Assembly: GCA_040765825.1 (NCBI GenBank)
Contig: JAXGRO010000002.1
Location: forward strand, 10,293-74,292
DNA length: 64,000 nt
Direction: 5' to 3'
DNA from: Methanomassiliicoccales archaeon
GTDB taxonomy: Archaea > Thermoplasmatota > Thermoplasmata > Methanomassiliicoccales > UBA472
Positions 53,508 through 62,797 of this stretch are shown piece after piece; position 1 is the first letter of the stretch, and every line of letters begins with the position of its first letter. The notes beneath the pieces are model-generated. The model ran no database searches. It had not been told where the DNA came from and saw nothing but the letters and a program-made list of their open reading frames with translations. The position numbers and the translations under genes were made by a program.

Positions 53508-55448
53508 ATGTCGGACGATCCGGAATTAGAGATAATCACGGTAGAATGCATACGGACACCCCCGGAGCACGTCACTCCGGACAAGGTGCCCGGCAAGGTG
53601 GAGGAGAGGGCCATGGACCCCTCGGTGAAGGAGGTCCTTTCCAAGACCATGCTGGAAGGGGTGGAGACGGTCTGGGACCGTTTGGAGAAGCAGCAGCCGC
53701 ACTGCAAGTTCTGCGAATCTGGACTCTCCTGTCAGCGCTGCGCCATGGGCCCCTGCAGGATCATGGGCGACACCAAGAGCCGGGGGGTCTGCGGGGCGGG
53801 AGCGGACCTCATTGTCTCCCGCAACCTTCTGGACCAGATAGCCACCGGTGCCGCCTCGCACTCCGACCACGGCCGGGAGGTGGCCGAGACCTTGCTCATG
53901 GCCGCCCAGGGTCACGCCCCGCAGTACGGGATAGCCGACCCGCAGAAGCTCAAGGCCTTGGCCAAGGAGTACGGCCTGGACCCGGAGGGTCCCCCGGAGA
54001 AGGTGGCCGAAAGGCTGGCCTTGGCCATGCTGGAGGAGTACGGGACCATGAAGGGGGAGCTGAGCATGGCCAAGCGCATGCCCCCGGCAACGTACAAGAT
54101 GCTCGAGGAGGCCGGGCTGCTCCCGCGCTCCATCGACCGGGAGATCGTTGAGGCCATGCACCGGGTGCATATGGGGGTTGGCGCGGACTACCGCAACATC
54201 CTGGCCCAGGGGCTTAGGGCCTCGCTCGGCGACGGATGGGGCGGCTCCATGATCGGCACGGAGGCCAGCGACATACTCTTCGGTACGCCCACCATACGCA
54301 ACAGCCGGGTCAACCTGGGCGTGCTGAAGAACGATCAGGTTAACATTTCCCTTCACGGGCACAACCCGGTCCTCTCGGAGATGGTGGTGAAGGCCGCCGC
54401 GCTCCCTGAGATGAAGCAGAGGGCCGAGGCCGCCGGGGCCAAGGGCATAAACCTGGTCGGCCTCTGCTGCACGGGCAACGAGCTGCTGATGAGGAAGGGC
54501 GTGCCGCAGGCCGGAAACCATCTGAGCCAGGAGCTGGTGATCACCACGGGGGCCCTGGAGGCCATGATAGTCGATTACCAGTGCATATTCCCCTCGCTCC
54601 CGAACACCGCGGCCTGCTACCACACCAAGGTGATCACCACCTCCCCCAAGGCCAAGATCCCCGGCGGCTACTACCTGGAGGTGACCCCGGAGAACGCCTT
54701 CGAGCAGGCCAAGAAGATGGTGGCCATAGCCATCGACAATTTCAAGAACCGCGTGCCGGAGAGGGTGCTCATCCCCAACAAACCCATGGACGCGGTGGTG
54801 GGCTTCTCCGTGGAGGCCCTGCGGGCCGCCCTGGGTGGCACGCTGAAGCCGCTGCTGGACCTGATCCTGGAGGGCAAGATCAGAGGCGCGGTGGGCATCG
54901 TGGGCTGCAACAACCCCAAGATCAAGCAGGACTACGGCCACATAACCCTGGCCAAGGAGCTGATCCGCCGCAACATCATCGTGGTGGAGACCGGATGCGC
55001 GGCCATAGCCTGCGCGGAGGCCGGGCTCATGAAGCCGGAGGCGGCCGACCTGGCGGGCAAGTCCCTCGGGAGCGTGTGCCGTTCACTGGGGATTCCGCCG
55101 GTCCTGCACATGGGCTCCTGCGTGGACAACACCCGAATCCTGACCCTGGCCGCGGAGCTGGGGAACCTGGCCGGAGTGCGCATGGACCAGCTGCCGGTGG
55201 CCGGGGCGGCCCCGGAATGGTACTCCCCCAAGGCCGTGGCCATAGGGTGCTACTTCGTGGGCAGCGGGATCAGCGTGGCCCTGGGGGTCATGCCCAAGAT
55301 AAGCGGTTCGCCCAACGTCATAAACCTGCTGACCGAGGGGCTCGATGGAGCGGTCAAGGCCAAGTTCTGGGTCGAACCGGACCCGAAGAAGGCCGCGGCC
55401 ATCCTCTTCGACCACATCGAGACCAAGAGGGCGGACCTGGGCCTATGA
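53508..55448 (+). CDS. cooS: anaerobic Ni-dependent carbon-monoxide dehydrogenase catalytic subunit
   Basis: N-terminal D/B-cluster cysteines CKFCESGLSCQRCAMGPCRI, plus HGHNP, CCTGNE and GSCVDN blocks. SD is GGGGTGATC. Confidence 0.93.
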   Translation: MSDDPELEIITVECIRTPPEHVTPDKVPGKVEERAMDPSVKEVLSKTMLEGVETVWDRLEKQQPHCKFCESGLSCQRCAMGPCRIMGDTKSRGVCGAGADLIVSRNLLDQIATGAASHSDHGREVAETLLMAAQGHAPQYGIADPQKLKALAKEYGLDPEGPPEKVAERLALAMLEEYGTMKGELSMAKRMPPATYKMLEEAGLLPRSIDREIVEAMHRVHMGVGADYRNILAQGLRASLGDGWGGSMIGTEASDILFGTPTIRNSRVNLGVLKNDQVNISLHGHNPVLSEMVVKAAALPEMKQRAEAAGAKGINLVGLCCTGNELLMRKGVPQAGNHLSQELVITTGALEAMIVDYQCIFPSLPNTAACYHTKVITTSPKAKIPGGYYLEVTPENAFEQAKKMVAIAIDNFKNRVPERVLIPNKPMDAVVGFSVEALRAALGGTLKPLLDLILEGKIRGAVGIVGCNNPKIKQDYGHITLAKELIRRNIIVVETGCAAIACAEAGLMKPEAADLAGKSLGSVCRSLGIPPVLHMGSCVDNTRILTLAAELGNLAGVRMDQLPVAGAAPEWYSPKAVAIGCYFVGSGISVALGVMPKISGSPNVINLLTEGLDGAVKAKFWVEPDPKKAAAILFDHIETKRADLGL

Positions 55449-56287
55449 GCCGGAGGGCGGCATCGGAACTGGCCAAGGAGCTTCGTCGGCACCCCGGCAA
55501 CCAGGGCGGCCAGAGGATACTGGTGGCCGGCAAGGGCGGTGTGGGGAAGACCACCCTGTCGGCCGCCCTGTGCCTGCTGGGAGCCCGGGACGGACGCCGG
55601 GTGCTGGCCGTGGACCAGGACGCCCAGCAGAACCTGGCCTACTCCCTGGGATACCCGAGGGAGAGGGCCCGGGAGCTGCGACCCATCACCCAGGAGCTGG
55701 ACTACATTGAGCAGAGGACCGGGGCCCGCCCCGGCGGGGGCTGGGGAGGGCTCATCAACCTAAATCCCGACGTCTCCGATGTCGCCGAGCGCTTCGGCGT
55801 CCGCATACGGGAGAACCTGGACCTGCTGGTCATGGGCGGGGTGGTGCAGGCCTCCACCGGCTGCCTTTGCCCGGAGAATTCCCTCCTGGGGGCGCTGGTC
55901 CGCTTCCTCAACTCCCGCGAGGACGACCTGATAGTCATGGACGCCCAGGCTGGCCTCGAGCCTTTCGGCCGCACGGTGGCCGAGGGCTTCGGCACCTGTC
56001 TGGTGGTCTCCGAACCCACCTTCAACTCCCTGCAGGTGGCCTCCCGGGTGGCCCAGCTCTCCCGGGACCTGGGCGTGCGCAGGGTGGACCTGGTGCTGAA
56101 CAAGTGCCAGACCGAAGGGGACGAGAGGAAGGCCAGGGAGCTAACGGAAACGGAGTTCGACAGGGTGCACCTGCTCCCCTGGGACCCAGCGGTCCGCGAG
56201 CACGAGCCGGACGTGTCCCCCCTGGTGGAGATCGGAGGCCGGTACGTGGATGGCGTGAAACGACTGATGGAAACCCTGGAACGATAG
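55445..56287 (+). CDS. cooC: CODH nickel-insertion accessory ATPase CooC
   Basis: Deviant Walker A GKGGVGKTT and the CxC nickel motif GCLCPEN. The ATG overlaps the cooS stop (ATGA). Confidence 0.88.
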   Translation: MSRRAASELAKELRRHPGNQGGQRILVAGKGGVGKTTLSAALCLLGARDGRRVLAVDQDAQQNLAYSLGYPRERARELRPITQELDYIEQRTGARPGGGWGGLINLNPDVSDVAERFGVRIRENLDLLVMGGVVQASTGCLCPENSLLGALVRFLNSREDDLIVMDAQAGLEPFGRTVAEGFGTCLVVSEPTFNSLQVASRVAQLSRDLGVRRVDLVLNKCQTEGDERKARELTETEFDRVHLLPWDPAVREHEPDVSPLVEIGGRYVDGVKRLMETLER

Positions 56288-56344
56288 GGCGTCGCCCGGG
56301 GTCCATCCATTAATTTTTTATGCCCCCTCTCAATAGGTGGGTCC

Positions 56345-58114
56345 ATGCGCATAGCGGTCCTGCTGAGGGACAGGTGTCAGTTCAAGAAGTGCAACCAGGA
56401 ATGCCTGAGGTACTGTCCCAAGGTGCGAACGGGAGTGGAGGCCGTGGTCATCGGGGAGGACGGGCGGCCGATCATCTCCGAGGAGCTGTGCGTGGGCTGC
56501 GGGATCTGCGTGCACAAGTGCCCGTTCGAGGCCCTGAAGATCATCCAGCTGCCGGACGAGATACGAGAGGACATCGTGCACCAGTACGGCATGAACGCCT
56601 TCCGGCTCTACGGCCTGCCGGTGCCCAAGCAGGGAGTGGTTACCGGGATACTCGGTCCGAACGGGATCGGTAAGAGCACCTCGTTCCGGCTGCTCTCCGG
56701 GGAGGAGGTCCCGAACCTCGGCAATTACGAGAACCCCCCTAGCAGGGAGGAGGTGCTGGAGCACTTCGCCGGCACGGAGATGCACGACCACCTGAAGCGG
56801 GTGTACGACAAGAAGGTCCGCACCTCCATCAAGCCGCAGTACGTGGACAAGCTGCCCAGCGTCTTCAAGGGCGGGGTGCGGGACCTGCTGAAGAAGGTGG
56901 AGGGGCGCATGTCCATGGACGAGGCCGTCGCCTTGCTGGACCTGGAGGAGGCGGTGACCCGGCAGATGTCTGAGCTCTCCGGAGGCGAGCTGCAGAGGGT
57001 GGCCATAGCCGCCACCATCATGAAGGACGCGGACATCTACTTCTTCGACGAGCCCTCGTCCTACCTGGACATCTACCAGAGGATCAGGGTGGCCCGCGTG
57101 ATCGAGAAGCTGGCCCGGGAGAGGCAGGTCATCGTGATCGAGCACGACCTGGCCATACTGGACTTCCTGGCCGAGAACGTCTACCTGGTGTTCGGTTCCG
57201 AGGGCGCCTTCGGCATATACGCCCAGCCGCGGCAGGTGCGGCAGGCCATCAATGTCTATCTGGATGGCTACGCCAAGGAGGAGAACATGCGATTCCGGGA
57301 CACCCAGATCGTGTTCGAGTCCCGTCCGCCGCGCTCCAACTGGGAGCAGTTCGACCTGCTGGAGTACGGGACCATCGAGTGCGAGTACCCCTCCTTCCGC
57401 CTGAAGGTGGAGCCGGGGGCCATCAAGATCGGGGAGACCGTGGGCGTGGTGGGACCGAACGCCATAGGAAAGACCACCTTCGTGAAGGTGCTGGCCGGGG
57501 CGCAGAGGCCCACCGCGGGCAAGGTGGACACCTCATTCAGGGTCAGCTACAAGCCCCAGTACATCAGCCCGGACTTCGACGGGACCGTCCGCGAGATGTT
57601 CGAGGCCACGGTCAAGGACTTCTTCGAGTCCGGCTTCTTCCAGAGCGAGATCGCCAAGCCGCTGTCGCTCAAGAACCTCCTGGAGAAGAACGTCATGACC
57701 CTTTCGGGAGGGGAGCTGCAGAGGGTGGCCATCGCCTCCTGCCTTTCCCGGGAGGCGGACATCTACCTGCTGGATGAACCGTCAGCGTATCTGGACTCCA
57801 ATCAGCGCATGGAGGCGGCCAAGACAGTGCGCAGGGTGATGGAGAAGAGGGGGCGCAGCGCTTTGGTCGTGGACCACGACATCTACTTCCTGGACATGGT
57901 GTCCGATTCCATAATGGTCTTCAGCGGCACCCCCGGGAAGGAGGGTCTGGGGCAGGGCCCCTACGACATGCGCAAGGGCATGAACACCTTCCTGAAGGAC
58001 GTGGACGTGACGTTCCGCCGGGACAATGACACCAACCGTCCCCGCATCAACAAGCCCGGGTCCAGGCTGGACCGGGAGCAGAAGGAGAAAGGGGAATACT
58101 ACTACTCCGGCTGA
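56345..58114 (+). CDS. abcE1: ribosome recycling ATPase ABCE1 (RNase L inhibitor homologue)
   Basis: N-terminal Fe-S domain (CQFKKCNQECLRYCP, CVGCGICVHKCP) and two ABC cassettes (GPNGIGKST and GPNAIGKTT, each with LSGGELQR). Confidence 0.95.
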   Translation: MRIAVLLRDRCQFKKCNQECLRYCPKVRTGVEAVVIGEDGRPIISEELCVGCGICVHKCPFEALKIIQLPDEIREDIVHQYGMNAFRLYGLPVPKQGVVTGILGPNGIGKSTSFRLLSGEEVPNLGNYENPPSREEVLEHFAGTEMHDHLKRVYDKKVRTSIKPQYVDKLPSVFKGGVRDLLKKVEGRMSMDEAVALLDLEEAVTRQMSELSGGELQRVAIAATIMKDADIYFFDEPSSYLDIYQRIRVARVIEKLARERQVIVIEHDLAILDFLAENVYLVFGSEGAFGIYAQPRQVRQAINVYLDGYAKEENMRFRDTQIVFESRPPRSNWEQFDLLEYGTIECEYPSFRLKVEPGAIKIGETVGVVGPNAIGKTTFVKVLAGAQRPTAGKVDTSFRVSYKPQYISPDFDGTVREMFEATVKDFFESGFFQSEIAKPLSLKNLLEKNVMTLSGGELQRVAIASCLSREADIYLLDEPSAYLDSNQRMEAAKTVRRVMEKRGRSALVVDHDIYFLDMVSDSIMVFSGTPGKEGLGQGPYDMRKGMNTFLKDVDVTFRRDNDTNRPRINKPGSRLDREQKEKGEYYYSG

Positions 58115-58338
58115 TCGTCCAACGGTGGAAGCCACCAGACCCAGCAGGCCTGCTCGCGGTCCACCTCTCCGCACAGGATGCCCATGGCCCGCAGCTTGTT
58201 CAGGGAGCGGGAGAGGTCGTCGGGGCAGCGGTAACCGTAGTACTTCTCCAGCACGTCCTCCATCTCCTTGGTGGTGCATCTCCGGTCGCCCATGACCGCC
58301 CGCAGGGATTTTATCGCCTGCCTCAGGGCCTCGTTCAT
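58102..58338 (-). CDS. small hypothetical protein (wHTH-like)
   Basis: 78 aa with plausible composition. Overlaps the ABCE1 3' end by 13 nt. No family recognised. Confidence 0.45.
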   Translation of the reverse strand: MNEALRQAIKSLRAVMGDRRCTTKEMEDVLEKYYGYRCPDDLSRSLNKLRAMGILCGEVDREQACWVWWLPPLDDQPE

Positions 58339-58418
58339 CCGCGGTACGAACGCTTTGGTCCCGAGATATACTTTGCCGCGGACAACGTATAAATTTCAGG
58401 TATCGCCTAGGAGGATGC

Positions 58419-59591
58419 ATGCAAGCGGTGGAGATCGCTGACGGTATCTATTGGGTCGGGGCCTTGGACTGGAACGCGCGCGAGTTTCACGGTTTCGCCA
58501 CCCTGCGCGGCACCTCCTACAACTCATACCTGATCCTTGATGAGAAGAACGTGCTCATCGACTCCGTGAAGACGCCCTTCCTGGGGGAGATGATGGCCCG
58601 CATACGCTCGGTAATAGACCCCAAGGAGATAGACCTCATCGTGTCCAACCACGCCGAGGGGGACCATGCCAGCGGCCTTCCCCTGACCCAGCAGATCACC
58701 GGGGCGGAGATCCTGGCCACCAAGAAGGGGGTGGAGGCGTTGCGCCTGAACTACGGGGAGATGAGGATGCGCGAGGTGGCCGACGGCGAGGAGCTGTCCC
58801 TCGGCAGGCGCACGCTGCGCTTCATAGAGACGCCCATGGTGCACTGGCCTGAGTCCATGTTCACCTACGCCTTGGAGGACCAGATACTGTTCAGCATGGA
58901 CGCCTTCGGGCAGCACTATTGCAGCTCGCAGCGCTTCGACGACCAGGTGGACCTGGGTACCCTCATGGAGGAGGCCGCCACCTATTATGCCAACATAGTG
59001 CTGCCCTTCGGAGCCCAGGTCAAGAAGGCCTACGCCAAGGTGAAGGACCTCCCGATCAAGCTGCTGGCCACCTCCCACGGCCTCATGTGGCGCACCCATA
59101 TCAAGGACATCGTGGAGGCCTACGTGGGCTGGGCCGACCACCGAACCGAGGAGAGGGTGCTGGTCATCTTCGACACCATGTGGGGCTCCACAGAGCGCAT
59201 GGCCGAGGCAATCACCGAGGGCGTCAGGTCCCAGGGCGTGCCGGTGACCCTGATGAGGCTCACGGACACCGACCGCTCCATGGTCATGCGCGAGGTGCTG
59301 CGCTCCAGGATCGTGGCCGTCGGCTCGTGCACCATGAACAACGGCATGTTCCCCACCGTGGCGGACATCACCACCTACATGCGGGGGCTGCGGCCCAAGA
59401 ACCGCAGGGCCGCGGTGTTCGGGAGCTATGGCTGGGGCGGAGGCGCCAGCAAGGCCATCCGCGAGAACCTGGAGGCCGCTGGGTTCGAGCTTCCGTTCCC
59501 GGACCTGGACATCCGCTACGCGCCCATGAAGGAAGGGGTTGAGAGATGCATCGCCTACGGCGTGGAACTGGCGAAAAGCATTAAGTCATGA
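58419..59591 (+). CDS. fprA: flavodiiron protein (FprA-type; O2/NO reductase)
   Basis: Metallo-beta-lactamase-like diiron site NHAEGDHA plus a C-terminal flavodoxin domain (VIFDTMWGSTERMA). SD is AGGAGGAT. Confidence 0.92.
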   Translation: MQAVEIADGIYWVGALDWNAREFHGFATLRGTSYNSYLILDEKNVLIDSVKTPFLGEMMARIRSVIDPKEIDLIVSNHAEGDHASGLPLTQQITGAEILATKKGVEALRLNYGEMRMREVADGEELSLGRRTLRFIETPMVHWPESMFTYALEDQILFSMDAFGQHYCSSQRFDDQVDLGTLMEEAATYYANIVLPFGAQVKKAYAKVKDLPIKLLATSHGLMWRTHIKDIVEAYVGWADHRTEERVLVIFDTMWGSTERMAEAITEGVRSQGVPVTLMRLTDTDRSMVMREVLRSRIVAVGSCTMNNGMFPTVADITTYMRGLRPKNRRAAVFGSYGWGGGASKAIRENLEAAGFELPFPDLDIRYAPMKEGVERCIAYGVELAKSIKS

Positions 59592-59620
59592 GGGCTGCGT
59601 TAACAGGCTAGGTGCATGAA

Positions 59621-59740
59621 ATGACCAAGGTCGATGAGGTCTACGAGTGCGAGATATGCGGGAACAAGGTCAAGGTCTTGGAGAGCGGCGACGGCACCCT
59701 GGTGTGCTGCGGGCAGGACATGACCAAGGTAAGCGGCTGA
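59621..59740 (+). CDS. desulforedoxin (Dx; FeS4 domain of desulfoferrodoxin type)
   Basis: Not in the ORF track (39 aa): [39 protein letters not shown]. The CxxC...CC spacing and flanks match desulforedoxin. Confidence 0.85.
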   Translation: MTKVDEVYECEICGNKVKVLESGDGTLVCCGQDMTKVSG

Positions 59741-59811
59741 CCTTTTCCCTAACCCTTTTCCAACCTGTTATCTCGGCAAGCTAATTAATCAGTTCCACCG
59801 TTTATCCCTCC

Positions 59812-60717
59812 GTGCTCAGCAAGGCCGATGTGCATGTCCACACGCGCTATTCCGGCTTCGGGCGTTTCGGGGCCTTGAAGTTCCCGGAATCCACCAGCCG
59901 TCCCGAGGACGTGGTGGACATCGCCAGGCGCATGGGCATCCGGGTGCTTTGCATAACCGACCACAACTCCATACGCGGCGCCCTGAGAGCCAGGGACTAC
60001 GCCAAAGCGTTCGGGGACATCGAGGTGGTGGTGGGTTCGGAGATCAACGCCCTGGAGGGGGAGATACTGGGGCTGTTCCTGCAGGAGGAGGTCCCCAGGG
60101 ACCTGCCGGCCGCGGAGACCATCGAGCGCATCAGGGCCCAGGACGGCCTGGTGGTGGCCCCTCATCCCTTCAGCTGCCATGTTCCCGCCCTGGGGATGAT
60201 GGTGGACGAGCTGGACATCGACGCCCTGGAGGTGCTGAACGGAGGGCATCTCGACGGCTACGCCAACGCGGCGGCCCTGAAGCACGCGGAGGGCGGCCGC
60301 TGGGCCCAGGTGGGGGGAAGCGACGCGCATTCCCTGGGACAGCTTGGCTGCTCGCACACCACCTTCCCCGGCCAGAGCGCGGAGGACTTCCGCAGGGCGG
60401 TGAGGCAGAGGACCACCACCCCGCAGGGCAGCATATCCACCCTGGAGATGGGGGTGAAGTGGACGGTGGGCATCGTGCTGCAGGCCGACATCCTGATGAT
60501 CAAGTCCTTCTTCGGCATACTGGAGGGGGATGATCCCGAGGACCCCATCATCAACAAGATCAACAACATGCGCGGGGACCTCAAGCTGGGGGCCCTGATA
60601 TCCTCGGCCATCTTCCTGACCCCGCCCATACCATTCCTGACCAGCGTGACCGGGGTCAAGGTAATGCAGAGGCTGAACCGCCCCAAGGGCGGGAAGGACC
60701 GCGAATGCGGTCAGTGA
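59812..60717 (+). CDS. PHP-domain phosphoesterase with hydrophobic C-terminal segment
   Basis: DVHVHTRYSG, ITDHNS and GGSDAH metal-ligand motifs. GTG start. C-terminal LGALISSAIFLTPPIPFL. Confidence 0.8.
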   Translation: MLSKADVHVHTRYSGFGRFGALKFPESTSRPEDVVDIARRMGIRVLCITDHNSIRGALRARDYAKAFGDIEVVVGSEINALEGEILGLFLQEEVPRDLPAAETIERIRAQDGLVVAPHPFSCHVPALGMMVDELDIDALEVLNGGHLDGYANAAALKHAEGGRWAQVGGSDAHSLGQLGCSHTTFPGQSAEDFRRAVRQRTTTPQGSISTLEMGVKWTVGIVLQADILMIKSFFGILEGDDPEDPIINKINNMRGDLKLGALISSAIFLTPPIPFLTSVTGVKVMQRLNRPKGGKDRECGQ

Positions 60718-62108
60718 TCGTGGTCGTGGTGATGGTCCGGGTCGCGCAGGGCCGCGAAGGCCTTGGTCACCACCTCGCTCAGGGCGGGATGTATGCACTG
60801 GCTCCGGGCCATGGGCATGTAGGTCTGATCCCCGGCGTTCATGAGGTACACGATCTGCTGGACCAGGATGGCCGCCTGCGAGCCGACTATGTGAGCACCG
60901 AGTATCCTGCGGCTCGCCTGGTCCACGATGACCTTCACGAACCCGTCCTCCTCGCCCATGGCGTAGCCCTTGGCGGTGCTCATGTAGTCGCTCTCCCCCA
61001 CCAGGACCTTCAGCCCCTGCCGTGCGCACTGCTCCTGGGTGAGACCGACGCTGCCCACCTCCGGGTAGCTGAACACCGCGTGCGGGACTGCATGCTCGTC
61101 CAGCTCCACCTTCTTGCCCCCGAACATGTTGTACCAGACCAGCTCGGAATGGTAGTTGGCGGTGTGCCGGAACATGGTGCGGCCGATCACGTCCCCGATG
61201 GCGAACACCCCGGGTACGTTGGTCTCCAGGTACCTGTCCACCATGATGTAGTTGTCCCTGTCCACGGCGATGCCGGAGGCCTGAGGCCTCAGCCAATCCG
61301 CGTTGCTCTGCACCCCGGTGGTCACCAGTATGTCCTGGGCGGACACCTCCCTAACGGCCTTGGACGAACGGTCCCGGCAGACCAGGACCTTCCTTCCGCC
61401 CTCCACCCGCACCGAGTCCACGTCGTGGTCCACCAGCACCTCCATGTACTCCCTGGCCTTCCTGAGGACTATGTCGCTGATCTCCGGCTCCTCGTTCTTC
61501 AGGAGCCGGGGGTTCCTGCCGACCACGGTGGTCCGGCAGCCGAAGGATGCCAGGAACAGCCCCAGCTCGCAGGCCTTGTATCCCCCGCCCAGAATGACCA
61601 TGCTCTCCGGGACCTCGGTCAGCTCGAAGAAGTCCTCGGAGGTCCTGAAGCCGGAGTCCAGCAGCCCTGGTATGTCCGGGACCTTGGTGCGGGTGCCCAC
61701 GGCTATGATTATCCGGGGGGCGGTGATCTGCTCCTTGCCCGCCTGCAGGGTCATCCTGCCGTTGAAGTACGCGGTGGTGGGATAGAGGTCCAGCCCATCG
61801 TCCCCCTGGACGCTTTCCAGTATCCCATCCCGGTCCGGGGCGATGAGGTCCCACATGCGCTTGCGGACCACCTGGAAATCGGCCCTCTCCAGTTTGGCGT
61901 GAATGCCGATGCGCTTGGCGTCGGCCATGGCCCGTATGAGCTCCGCAGGGGTGACCAGTATCTTGCTGGGTATGCACCCCCGGTTGAGGCAGGTGCCCCC
62001 CATGGGCCCGTTCTCCACCAGCGCCACCCTCATGTCCCTCCGCCGGGCCCTGGATACTATGTTCAGACCGGCCCCTGAACCGATGACTATCAGATCGTAC
62101 TCCTTCAT
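60711..62108 (-). CDS. class I pyridine nucleotide-disulfide oxidoreductase (dihydrolipoamide dehydrogenase/glutathione reductase-like) with His-rich tail
   Basis: FAD fold IVIGSGAG, redox-active GGTCLNRGCIPSK, NAD fold GGGYKACE, a dimerisation-domain HPALSE and a C-terminal DPDHHHDHDH. Confidence 0.88.
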   Translation of the reverse strand: MKEYDLIVIGSGAGLNIVSRARRRDMRVALVENGPMGGTCLNRGCIPSKILVTPAELIRAMADAKRIGIHAKLERADFQVVRKRMWDLIAPDRDGILESVQGDDGLDLYPTTAYFNGRMTLQAGKEQITAPRIIIAVGTRTKVPDIPGLLDSGFRTSEDFFELTEVPESMVILGGGYKACELGLFLASFGCRTTVVGRNPRLLKNEEPEISDIVLRKAREYMEVLVDHDVDSVRVEGGRKVLVCRDRSSKAVREVSAQDILVTTGVQSNADWLRPQASGIAVDRDNYIMVDRYLETNVPGVFAIGDVIGRTMFRHTANYHSELVWYNMFGGKKVELDEHAVPHAVFSYPEVGSVGLTQEQCARQGLKVLVGESDYMSTAKGYAMGEEDGFVKVIVDQASRRILGAHIVGSQAAILVQQIVYLMNAGDQTYMPMARSQCIHPALSEVVTKAFAALRDPDHHHDHDH

Positions 62109-62212
62109 GCGATGACCCTTCCCATCAAGGACCTTACCGGCTTAAAATAGTGTTCCAGACCGTTCCCCGTGAACGGAAGCATTATCTGCCGGGCGCTTCC
62201 TTTGACACGACG

Positions 62213-62602
62213 ATGTCATTGCCAGAGGAACAGGATTGCCAATGCAGCGGCCAGGAACTGATGATCTTCTCCTGCTCGGGAGGATGCAACGTCGGGCAGA
62301 TCGCCAACGGTGCGGCATTTCGCCTGGCCACCGGCGGGACGGGAAAGATGGCCTGCCTGGCGGCGGTCGCCGCGGGAATGCCCGGCCCGGTCACCGGGGC
62401 CAAGGAGGCCAAGATGGTGCTGGCCATAGACGGATGTCCGGTGAAGTGCGCGGCGAAGACGCTGGAGAGAGCCGGGGTCAGGCCAACGCATCACGTCCTG
62501 ATCACCGACCTGGGCCTGAAGAAGGTGGACGACCTCCGCCATGAGCCGGCGGACGTGGAGAGGGCAACCCGGCTTTGCCTGGATGCCCTGCCCCGCAACT
62601 GA
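62213..62602 (+). CDS. DGC-domain putative zinc-binding protein
   Basis: FSCSGGCNVGQ and the eponymous AIDGCPVKCA motif. Start placed at ATG 62213; the ORF track starts at GTG 62150. Confidence 0.7.
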   Translation: MSLPEEQDCQCSGQELMIFSCSGGCNVGQIANGAAFRLATGGTGKMACLAAVAAGMPGPVTGAKEAKMVLAIDGCPVKCAAKTLERAGVRPTHHVLITDLGLKKVDDLRHEPADVERATRLCLDALPRN

Positions 62603-62797
62603 CCTTCCCTTCTTCATTTTCAGTGCCCGTTCAGCACGGGCTATGCCTATAGGAATCAATCGATTCGTATTGTACATTCATCTAATCTATTCTAAGTAAT
62701 ACAAACATATGTTGTGTATCGTAACCTTTTTTTAGTAATTTATCTATCAATCCTCCCGATAACCGAATAAATGTCGATATAAAGGGGTATGAGACGG

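Noticed and set aside
62603-62797. AT-rich region upstream of amt containing GGAATCAATCGATTCG (GAATC-N4-GATTC with an internal AATCGATT palindrome) and a hairpin GCCCGT-tcagc-ACGGGC after the DGC gene. I considered an NrpR-type nitrogen operator (GGAA-N6-TTCC).
   Set aside because: The spacing and half-sites do not match the known NrpR consensus, the arms are only 5 bp, there is only a single occurrence, and no glnK or nrpR context is visible in the window. It is noted only as a weak candidate.
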